Assembly: GCF_964355755.1 (NCBI RefSeq)
Contig: NC_092678.1
Coordinates: forward strand, 6,092,422-6,156,421
Direction: 5' to 3'
DNA from: Antedon mediterranea
Lineage: Eukaryota > Animalia > Echinodermata
Length of the DNA: 64,000 nt
Positions 1 to 11,357 of the stretch are shown in pieces (positions within the stretch are counted from its first letter, which is position 1; every line of letters begins with the position of its first letter). The notes beneath the pieces were generated by a model that was not told the origin of the DNA, did no database searches, and saw only the letters and a list, made by a program, of their open reading frames with translations. Both the position numbers and the translations under genes were made by a program.

Positions 1-716
1 ACAGTACTTTTAATATATTTTATTTTGATAATTATTAATTGTTACTCAAAAGAGAATAAGAAAAATTTTCAAATTACAAAATTTATACTATACAAATATT
101 TACTGGGCTAAGGGGCATGGGTAAAAATGTGAGAAAGCCCAGTAAATATTTGTTTTATATACCGTACCACCCAAGTTGGCTGGCTAGGCCGAAGCGAACA
201 CAAAAATGGACTTGGTTGGCTAGCTAGTTAGTGGCACAGTTTCGTTGCCAAGAAGCAAGCAAAAATGCCTGCATTTGATAATTAGTCGCTTCCAAATATT
301 CAATAAACATTCCCAAATTATACTTTATCGTAGGCTAGGCTAGGGCTAGCTACGCAATTGTTGTGTCACACGTATGGATTTGATTGTATTAAAAAAGAAG
401 AAGATAAAGGAAACAGACATGCGCAGTTTAACCGGTGTATGGTTCAAGGGCATGGCACTATAGACCGGTGATTAACCAATCAGATGCCGTGAATTGAAAG
501 GTGCCGGTATATAACAGGATTATTTTATTACGTAATCAATGAAATAATCATTTAATCAATCAGTAATGAAAACAAATTATAAAAAGATTCTGACAGAATC
601 AATAAGGTTATATGCATATCACCTAAAACTGATTTTTCTTTATTGCCAGGAATTAATGTTATATTCTGAAAGTGTATGCGATAGGTAATTAAATTGAAAA
701 ATTGAAAATAAAATAC

Positions 717-804
717 CTGTCCAACTTGAATCAATGTAGTTAATGTTATTCCATGCATCTTTAATATTTACGTTTTTCTCCTGTGACATCCCAACAAGTA
801 CATA
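717..804 (-). other. Duplicated copy of plexin exon 1869-1782, inside a ~300-bp local duplication (about 532-830 vs 1657-1890)
   Basis: 88 nt, AG/GT intact, open: YVLVGMSQEKNVNIKDAWNNINYIDSSWT vs [29 protein letters not shown]. Flanking intron sequence is duplicated too. Confidence 0.85.
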
Positions 805-1349
805 CTAAAAATGAGAAAGCATAAGTATTATCATTTATAATTTTGTTTCATATTTCAATGTATAGGCCTAAGTGCAATTTCCAGAGACCTAGCAGCTCTA
901 TTTTTCAAAATTGTCTTAGCTCCACTGCAACCATAGTGGGCTGTTCCACATTTACAATTTTGCATAACATTCATGTACAATAAAAGTATAAATTATGTGG
1001 CTAAATGGTGTATTTTGTCCTATCATTAAACAGACCATGGTTGAAAAGACATCAAGCTAGAAGGATTAAAAAAGCAATGTTTTATGATTTCCTTTTCCCG
1101 CTAATCAATTTTAATACACAACAATTGCACAGAAAAGTTAGTTTTCAAATATCTTATACTTGGAAAAGAAGGTGTTTCATCATAGTTTTTTTTTTTAAAA
1201 TTGATTATACTCTACTAAAATTATATTTATATGATAGGGAAATTCGTTTTGTACTTTGTTCTAATAGGGGTGGGGGATCAAGATTTCCACATCCCCCTGT
1301 GAAAGGTTGCCGAAACCGGCTTTTTGAGAGTAATACTAAAATTACTAAC

Positions 1350-4300
1350 TTTATTTACTTTTGGCGATGGACAAGAAGGCAGTTGTCCTGCTAAACATCT
1401 GGACTCCAACACACATTTCCCTGTATTGCACCATGTACAGTTGTATTCAGGTGGAGTAGTTAGTGGAGACCAACAACCACTGCAATTAGGGAGGCCCACT
1501 GAACAATCGTACAAAGTTACTAAAAAAATAATTTAACATTTTGATATTTACCGCAATTTTAATATATTTAATTAAAATTAGTAATTTGATAATGCTATTA
1601 GATAAAAAAATGAATACTAGGATAAAATGCAATTTTTATTTTATCAAGGAGTTATGTAATCAATGAAATAATGATTTAATCAATAAATATTGAAATTATA
1701 AAAATGATTTTTCTTTATTGCTAGGAATTAATGTTATATTCTGAAAGTGTATGTGATAGAATCAAATAGAAAATAAAATACCTGTCCAACTGGAATCAAT
1801 GTTGTTAATGTTATTCCATGCAACTTTAACAGTTATGTTTTTCTCCTGTGACATCCCATCAAGTACATACTAAAACGAGAAGTATTATCAGTGAACTTAC
1901 AACTCTCTCTAATGTAAAGAGGACCTTATATCGACATGGAACTCAACTCAAACAATCTCAACTGAAAGGAACTAGTTGCGCGAGAGCACTTATGTTGAAA
2001 TTTTGAGAAACTGAACGGAACACAAAAGAAACATGTGTGCAAGCGCTTACCGTATGTTGACACTGGAACTGATTGTAATTAGTAGTGGTTATTACGGTGC
2101 TCACAACAAGATTCGTAGTTGTATATAGGAATCAGTATGCTCAAGCGCTTTTACGGTGAAATCAAACTGATCCCTACTGATCGTGGTTACCCATACCGCA
2201 CACGTGACTCAATTCAAAGTTTCAGTTCCTTTCAGTACCGGAAAAAATAGAACATGGGCAACCAAAAGCAACTAAGCTTATGTTGCCATTTTTTTTGTGC
2301 CTATCAGTTGCGTTTAGTTGATAGAGAGGAGTTGACTAGGACAAGTTGACTGGAGTCAAGTTGACAGGGACGAGTTGACTGGGACAAGTTGACTGGGGTC
2401 AAGTTGACTGGGGACGAGTTGACTGGGGTCAAGTTGACAGGGATGAGTTGACTGGGACAAGTTGACTGGGGTCAAGTTGACAGGGATGAGTTGACTGGGA
2501 CAAGTTGACTGGGGTCAAGTTGACAGGGATGAGTTGACTGGGGTCAAGTTGACAGGGACGAGTTGACTGGGACAAGTTGACTGGGGTCAAGTTGACTGGG
2601 GACGAGTTGACTGGGGTCAAGTTGACAGGGATGAGTTGACTGGGACAAGTTGACTGGGGTCAAGTTGACAGGGATGAGTTGACTGGGACAAGTTGACTGG
2701 GGTCAAGTTGACAGGGATGAGTTGACTGGGGTCAAGTTGACTGGGGTCAAGTTGACAGGGATGAATTGACTGGGGTCAAGTTGATTGGGACAAGTTGACT
2801 GGGGTCAAGTTGACTGGGGTCAAGTTGACTGGGACAAGTTGACTGGGTTAAATTGTTAACAAGGACCAGTTGACTGGGACAAGTTGACTAAGTTGGTTTA
2901 GGCCAAGTTGAAAAAAGATAATTGAAGCTATACTTGTTATATATTTATACATTAAAATTTGTTTATTAATAAAATATTAGAATTTAATTGTTTACCATAT
3001 AATCGTCACAGATAATGGTTTTATCATCAATCTTCATAGCAGGAACATCTATTCCATTAATGATGCAAAAGTAAATCAAGGCCTATATTATTATAAGATA
3101 CAAAAAACACATGTTTTTAATATTTTATCTATGATTTCCTGTATTACTGTTATTTCAATGAATAGGAACAAAGTAGCAGAACATTTAGTTGTCAAAACAT
3201 AAAAACCCATTAGATCAGTTAAATTAACATCTAAATAATTAAACAGTCTTTTGAAATCAACTTTCCACATAGATTGTGGTTTTATCCAGTAATTAATAAT
3301 TATGTGTAATATTGTTAATAAAGGTTAAGGGGGTGGGGTGCAAAAGCTCCCTCAGTGTAATGTTGGATTATTAGGGCTATAAAGCATGATCTTTTAAAAT
3401 CTTATTTTTCTTTTCCATCGCACATCAACCCTCAAGGCATGAGCACTACTATTGGACAGAATTTTTTTTTTTTTTTCTGTACTCCATTTTCATGCCTTAT
3501 GTATTTTGTCTCATGACATTTATTACTATAGCTCCTCAAACCCGTCACAGGTCACTAACCAAATGCAAAAATTCCCTAATTCGGCATGATGAGGACATGG
3601 ATAGATCGTAAAATGTCGCTGTTAAATTAGTAAATAGATTTATCTTTCTAATCTCATGACAGAAATATATATAATAAAAAAAATTATCGGTTTGTTTGTA
3701 TAAGATGCAAAAACCAAAAAGAAATATTCAATTGCAAAAAAATGTTACACACATTTATGAGATTGTTGGCTTTAATCGTAAGCTTCTTTGTCGTTCCGGT
3801 ATGAAAAAACCCTATTTCCGTCTGCGAAATTATTTGAGGGTATTTCTGAAAAATAATGAACAACAACAATAATCCAATATAAAACAACATAATTTTTAAG
3901 GCCCCACATTAGAACTTAAGAATTTAATAGCATATATAATATTAAGTCTTTATTTGGAGGGAGCAGCTAATAGTAACATAGGCGATCATTCAGGGTCATG
4001 GTACAGTGGTCTTTAATTGGAGGGAGACCTGTATTCAGATTTCAAAAAATAAAATGGGAAGCAAACCCGTATCTAGACATCATTATATATACTGTACACT
4101 ATATTCTACAGATTTATATCAGGGGTTTTGGGGGAGGGGAGGTACGTCGTTAAAGTAAATTTGTAACATTGATAGAAATACAAACTTTAATGTAAGCAAG
4201 CCAGGCACCAGATGAACAAGTATTGTATGTGCTGCACCTGAAAGAATATGACAATGAAATATTAAGGTCCTCTAGTACGTGTTTATGATGCAAAGGGTTT

Positions 4301-7300
4301 CATAATTAAAATAGATTTGTAATACAAATACATAATTGTCATCTTCTGTATAATTAATTCACAAAAGAATTAAATATGTATATTTATTGAATCCTGTTGG
4401 ACCATGGTATAGTATAGTCAGAAAGGGCAGGCCACTGGAAAATTCACTATAGCAGGTTTTCACAATAATTTATCAGCAATAGCAATGCTTTCCCTAATAA
4501 TATGATCAAAATGTGGCCTTGTTTTATAACTAACTAAATCAAGCATGCAATGTATAATTATTTTCATTTTTCATGTTTTTGGAGGACAATACATCTTTAA
4601 CAATGTGAAGAAACATCACAATAGCAAATGTCTAACAATTGTTATGATAGTTGCCATGGTAGTTGCCATGGTAGTTATAAAAAACAAAAAGTTTTAGTGA
4701 AGTTATTACAATGTTTAAAAACGCATAAACAAATTATTGTTACACTCTATATAGTAAGGATGACTATTCAATATAGAATTGATTCTACTTTTAATCTAGA
4801 TTTCTGTTTCTGCAACGTAACCTCCAGAAATGATGTTATATCACCAACAAACAAACAAATAAAATAACGTTTGCAACATGACTAGGAATAGTCATTACAA
4901 CATTAACAATTAAGGAATTTCATATTTCATTTATACTTATTAATATGCGGCTCTGTAATGTAAATAGAATAGATATAGCCTCTTACCTGTTCATCAGTGT
5001 ACACCATCCACAGTATGGGTCACCAACACCGCCACCAACCCCCAGACATTCACTACATGTTGTATACTGTTCACATTCTGCAACAGGCACTTTTGTAATC
5101 TATATAAAATAACATTTTAATCTTTGTGCAAAATATGCATGGTTTGCATATATAGACTCATCTTTGCTAAACATCAAAATTCTCATCGAATAGCTTATAT
5201 TTGAGGTCACAACACACGCGGTTTCAAAGGACTGGTGTGTATTAATTATTTATCAAGGTACAACCTTAAAACTTGTTACACCTAGTTTTTCATAACCAGT
5301 GAACTCAACAACTAGCAAGATTCAAGATTAATTATTTTTCCTGGAAATGTTGAGTTTAGATCAACAACAGACTATACATACTTGCTGTTTAGTTATGACG
5401 TATATAGAATCATTATCTTTGCTCAACATCAGTCCATTTCTTATAACTGCACTGCCAGCATCCATTGTTTTCGTCTCGTACTTCTGAGCAGATGTCAATG
5501 AATCTAATCGTAGCTATATATATAAATAATTTAATTTTTTGGAGAAATTTTAAGCAGTTATACACCAACATACAAAATATATATTGTGTTGTAATTATCC
5601 TCGCACCCTAGATAGAAACCAAGCTAAATGTCATGAAAATTTACCTTCACAAGATCACCTTTGTCATCTCCTAGGAATATCACACTTTGTTGTACCTCGT
5701 CTACGTATTGAAACATAACTGATGTGAATAGTGCGTCGTCTTCCTGGTAAATAGCATGTGCTACAATCGGGGCATTACCCCCAAGGTCAGGTATCTGCTC
5801 AAGGTAATGGCAATAGGGCATGTGTTCATCTTCTAGAAGTTGTGCCTAAAATAATTAATTTAAACATTTCTGACAAATGATAATGACATGGAGGAAACAA
5901 CGATACACTCAGAAATCTATGGTTCCTATTTTTATAACATTTTTTGTTTCCAAGTGATTTTTTGGTAATCCATTTATTATTAATTATGACCAACAGTTTA
6001 TTTGTGATTTATAAAGAATTTGATAACTATAGATAAAATAGATTTGATTGAAGTCGGACACTTGGTAAAAGACTATTAAGTTGACTGTTTATTGACTGTA
6101 ATTTGTTGAACCACCTTCTGTAACTCAATTTACAGTACAGTAGGTTTGTCTTAAAAAGGTGTTCTTCAAATATTTCTATGAGATTTAAATAATAATTTAT
6201 TTGGAAGCTACATATTATTTAATAGAGGAACTTTTCTTGAATGAAGATGCTTATTTATTTATATAATTATATACAGTAAGTGTATTAAGTTTAGTGTATG
6301 TGTATTCAGGGAAATACTGTATGTTTGTGATATGGTTTAAACAATTATAAATATGCTTTTTTGATAACAAAAAAACAATTTGGTGGACAGGAATTATTTG
6401 ATTTGCTGTTTAGACTATTTATACGAGTACTGAAAATATACTATTTAAAAATATAGTATTTAAAGATATATTGTATTTAATAAAAATATATTATACAGTA
6501 TTTAAAAATATTAGTATTTAAAAATATATGTATATTATGCTTTAAAAAAATGTATTTACATACATTTGTTTAAAGGTAATATTCTACTGAAATATTTAAA
6601 TTGTAATATAGGTTACAGAATAGTGTTTTTATCACCTGTTAATTTATATTACATTAACAGTTATTTTCTGAGAAAAGTAGATAATGAAGCAATATCTCAT
6701 GTACATGTAGGTTCTAACCTCTCCCTTTCCTCCCCTCCCTCCCCTCCCTCCCCTTGCTACAGGTCATGACCATATTAAAAGTGATTAATCCTTTAAAATT
6801 ATTACATATGTTCTTTCTTTGGAAATTTAGATATGGACGTAAATTATTATCATTAATAAAGTAACTGTATGTCATTAGATGGATTATATTATAGATATTT
6901 CCGTATATAATTATTACATTATTTTTGCAAATACAGGTATTATCATAATATCATGATTACTTTTTAAAAATACACTTGTTATTAATTTATTCTTGCATAG
7001 TAATCAAATTTGGGATAGATATTTCCTGAAAGTATAACAACAATTTAAATATTTAATAAAAAAACTATAAACCTTAAAATAATAATTTAGAATCTGTTTG
7101 TTTGTTTGTCATCACTCTAGCGCTCACAATTTTGATTCGAATGACTCCAAATTACTACCATACATGTCGCCTGGTGCAAGGACGACACTGTTCAATTTTG
7201 GTAAAAATCCGGACCATGGTCCCAAATCTGGACCACTTTCTAAAATTATTTTTAGACCTGCCAGTGCTAGTGTTAAAAGATAGGACAGAATTTTCAAAAG

Positions 7301-8581
7301 CCGGTGAGCAGTCTTAAATTAACAAGTAAACTAAAATTTCAATTTCTCGAGAACTGTTTGTCAAAAAAACGAAAAGCGAAATGTACAAATCACACTAATG
7401 TACTAGGAAAAAAGATTTTTTTAATAATTTATATTATGTACAATTATTGATTGATTGATAATATATATATATTCTAATTACGTGTGAACATTTCTTACCC
7501 ATAACGGATTGGATTTGCAAGTATGCTGATCTGATCCAGCCCACTGGACAGTTTTAAATGTCCTATTTCCTTGTGCACATTCCTTATATGCATTCAAGAA
7601 TGAATATTCTATTTTATCCGACAAAGAATATACACAAACAGCAGATTTCCGCTCTGGAATCGAGCTTGCACCATTCTCGGACATTCCAAAGGTTACAACA
7701 AGTATGAGTGATGATGTGTTTGGCTCAGACGGCACCCTATTCGCCAAGTAAGCTGACTGGGCCAGCATGTATTTCTGGCCTTTATGATTGCAAACAAGAG
7801 GCAGTTCAATATATGATACCTTATAGCCCTCATCAGATTCACAATGATGCGCAATGTATGTTTGGTAATTAGGGGTGATTTGTGCGTATTTCTCATCATA
7901 AACAACAACATAATAGTTAACATTAATACTATTAAATCCATGTATAAAGTCCATTTTAAATCCTTGTCTTACATGACTGTCTGATGCTTTCTTTTGTGAT
8001 TTTTGAAGGAAGGTTTTCTGTACGTCAAAATCTACTAAAGAACGTGTAGTTAATGGGGGTAAATCAGGGTCATTAGCAGCTGGAGTTCCAATATATAAGT
8101 TTGGTTCATCGCCCGGATTCTGTGTAATCATCGCTACACTATTTCCATCTGTGTTTATCACGGGCGGACTAACCGGTTGACCAATAATTGTTAGGTTAGA
8201 ACTATACAAATACTCACAAGTTCCTTGATAAACAGTTCCACACGAGATGATTTTATCACCAAATTGTAATAACAATTTGTTTGAATTATTCCTGAATGTT
8301 CGTTCAAAAGGACATTCTGCAGGGGGTGGCGTTGGACATTCTGGATTATCTAATTTTGGTCCAATATCTCCTTGTACTATTAGTCTTAAGTCACCAGCAT
8401 CAAGTCTATAAACTTTGTTTAAGCCTCCGATAAATATATTTTCTAATTTATTATCATATACCACTGAGGAAAAATTTCCTCCAGGATCTCTATATTTGTC
8501 ATAGCTTTGTGATAAGGCTGGACATATCAAAACAAAAGCGACTCCAACCTTCCAAAATATCTTGCAACAATGTTGTGCCAT
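1350..8581 (-). CDS. Plexin-family receptor, extracellular part (signal peptide, Sema, PSI, IPT/TIG, PSI); 3' end not resolved in window
   Basis: Phase-consistent GT-AG exons: 8581-7499 ([25 protein letters not shown] signal peptide, then Sema motifs [41 protein letters not shown]), 5845-5645, 5513-5382, 5099-4987 (PSI: [18 protein letters not shown]), 4237-4186, 3845-3753, 3082-2996, 1869-1782, 1519-1350 (PSI: [20 protein letters not shown]). A probable 5' UTR exon has its donor at 9835. Confidence 0.9.
2330..2910. repeat. 13-14 bp G-rich minisatellite (CAAGTTGACTGGGGT / GAGTTGACTGGGAC variants)
   Basis: Dozens of tandem units sharing the core AGTTGAC(T/A)GGG, directly visible. Confidence 0.95.
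7095..7332. mobile_element. Possible non-autonomous Helentron/DINE-like interspersed element
   Basis: GC-richer block opening with a (GTTT)n microsatellite in an AT-rich intron. The family assignment is by resemblance only. Confidence 0.3.
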
Positions 8582-9306
8582 TTTGAATAATGTACAGACA
8601 ATCTGCAAAATATGTTTAAAAAATAAGTTAATATCAAAGAAAATATGAACAAATGCTCAAAATGGTAATAATTGATGTCCCCATAACTTTTTTTAAATTT
8701 TTTTGTTGAGTATGTTATTTTAATGTCATGTAATAGTTATTCACTTTGACAAAAAACTGATTTACCTGAATAAAATGTAAAGTAAAGAAATACTTATTAT
8801 CTGTCAGAAAATGGTTTTTGGTTAAAATTATCTGTTTTGTCTGTCTTTTATAATTTTTTGGGGGGTTTTCTTTTTCACAGAAGTGAATAATTTTATCAAA
8901 CTGCAAAATGGCCTATTTTGAAAAATGAGACTTTAAAAAGTCTCATTTTTCATGTTTTTTGGGGCGTTGGGAGAGAAAATACATTAAAAAATAATTCAGT
9001 GCATTCAGGACACAGTAAAACTATTTCCAAAAATGTTCTCTGAATTCATGTGGGTACCAGATGTACAGTGGAACCATATCATAAATGGTTGTGTATCACG
9101 GTAACAATTTAGGTTGGTGTACCCACCAGTTGTGGTTATTTCACTTCATTTTTACAGTATGTGATTTTGTTCATTTCTATCAATTGGCATATTCGATTTG
9201 GAACCATGCCTGTTCATCACTCAAAAAAACACCACATAACATTTTGTTTACTTGATCTGAGACAACAATTGGAATTGAATTCTTTTGATCTTCGATTTAC
9301 CTCTTT

Positions 9307-9496
9307 AGTGTGGATCCCACTAGTGACGCAACATAACGCAATGCAGCACGTATTGACGCAAAGTGTTGTTTTGAGTAATCAAAGTGGGAACCAATGACGC
9401 AACAATGCTGCCAACATCGCAAGTTTGATTTCACGCAGGCGGGGGTAAACACAATTATCGGAATGGCATTTTCTTACGCTAGTGGGAACCCCGCTT
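9307..9496. mobile_element. MITE with TIR ~AGCGTGGTTCCCACTAG (PIF/Harbinger-like)
   Basis: tagtgtggatcccactagtgacgcaac ... cgctagtgggaaccccgct; same family as 14464-14754. Confidence 0.65.
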
Positions 9497-11020
9497 TTGT
9501 GAATTCATTGGTATGCAAATTACGTGTTCGCTCAAGAATATCAGAGAACAGCGTCGCGATATCAACAGTTTGCCAGACATAGTGTCATTTTGTAACGGCC
9601 AACTAAAAACACCAGTATTTCAGAGCTTTGCAATTTCAATAAAAGACACTCTAGTGTTTAAATTGATTGAAATATATTATGATAGTTACTATTTTCTGTG
9701 TTCTGTGTACATTAAAAAAAGTAATTTTTAATAATGTTTAATAATATGTGATTAAGTAAGATTATTTAACAGATTTTATAGTTTACACTCCTTAAATTGT
9801 ATCACATTAATTAACTATATATAACATACACTCACCTGTAAATAAACCGTTTGAAAACGACACCACTGATACAGGACCTCAGTCAAGCCAATATTATATC
9901 TTTTCTAATAAAAATACAGTATATAAAAGCTATAAATAAAGCATACAGTGGAAATTTATTGGAGTACAATTCCTCTGAAAACTATGCATTGCACTATAAT
10001 TGCGTCATGCGCGTATTGTGTTGACGTGATTTAGACTATATTATTAAGACCACCACACTGCTGTGTGTGCTGATCAACTGAAAAATAATTTGTGAATGCG
10101 GTTGGTTGGTTGGTTCAATGTCCTTTAATATTAATGATGCATGGTAGAGGGGGTGGAATACGTTTTTAAATGTTGTTTCCCAAATAGTATTAATAATAGT
10201 AATAATATTGATATAAAGTGATGCAGATCGGTAGGACCAGTTAATTAAGATTTTGAGAGTGTACAAAAAATCGGTTTATTCGTGCGTTACCAATTTCATT
10301 TGACGTAGGCCTTTCTCTAAATTAATAATAGTAATACATACAATTTTTGCTTAATATACATATATATACAACATATCCATATTATTTACGAATTCAATTT
10401 GTTTGTCTGTCACTTAGCAACATTGACGGACGTGTAAATGAATCATGTGATAGACAGTAAAGCAGGGGATTTCCCCCCTTGGCGGTGTGACATGATTTAG
10501 TAACAATTAGACAATCATGAAACAGCCAAAATTATATGTGCATGTTTATAACCATTAATAAAAATATATTTATTATTTTGTAAACCAATTCTGATTTCAG
10601 CCCACGAGCATGTTTTTTTAAGGATTAACTCCTTGTTTTTTTTTCTAATCAAAAAGTTGTATAGGCTCATTTCCACAGCCGTTGATTTTGTTCATGGCTC
10701 TGCGGCGTTCCATATTCAATCGCCCTCTGTTGTTAGCGAAGAGGGAATTTCCCTTTTCGTCACGTCATTGTATATCTTTTAGCTTTGTAAAACTTTTTTT
10801 GCAGAAGGTCCTAGAAGTTGCATAGGCTATTATATTGATTGCATTAGGGTAATCATGTGTTGAGTTAATTCAACTAGTTATGTAAACTTATTTAGCCTCG
10901 ATAGAGAAGTAGGTCTAGGCCTGACTTTTAGTTAGCCTAGCCTAGGCCCTCTAGTCTAAGCCTAGCTAGACTCTATCGCGCTTACAGCATGATGCACACA
11001 GACAGTTAGTATAGTAGGAG

Positions 11021-11044
11021 CAGGGAGGTATTTATACCTCCCTG
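11021..11044. mobile_element. 24-bp palindrome with 7-bp TSD; candidate P-superfamily excision footprint
   Basis: GTAGGAG|CAGGGAGGTAT-TT-ATACCTCCCTG|GTAGGAG. Confidence 0.65.
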
Positions 11045-11357
11045 GTAGGAGGCCTAAACTTCCGACCGAACATCTTGGGCGCTAGTGCAGTTTCGCACCC
11101 CAGTGTTATACCTTCGATTTCTCACATACATTTTTTCTCACACCCACATCATAACTAGCTATGTCTGTAAGTAATTATAATACATCACTGTGTATTGTGG
11201 AAAAAATTGCCTACTAGCTATAAATAGGTTCCAGGCCTAGGTAGTTTGGTAGTTGTAGCCTATAGTAACCTTGTAGTAGTTACTGCTACTAGGTACTATA
11301 TGACATTAATCTTGTGTGCAATGCTTGTTAAACTCCTCAGATAAACAAGATATAAAG

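Noticed and set aside
2330-2910. CRISPR-like appearance of short regular repeats, and ORF 2429-2620
   Set aside because: There are no unique spacers or cas genes, and the context is a eukaryotic intron. It is a minisatellite.
4650-4676. Tandem GTTGCCATGGTA X-box-like pair in a plexin intron
   Set aside because: It is explained by a 12-bp slippage duplication. The right half-site is imperfect and it is far from any promoter.
11161-11172. ATGTCT|GTAAGT as APEH coding exon 1
   Set aside because: The donor would be phase 0 but the acceptor at 11341 needs phase 1. At most it is a UTR exon end or a uORF.
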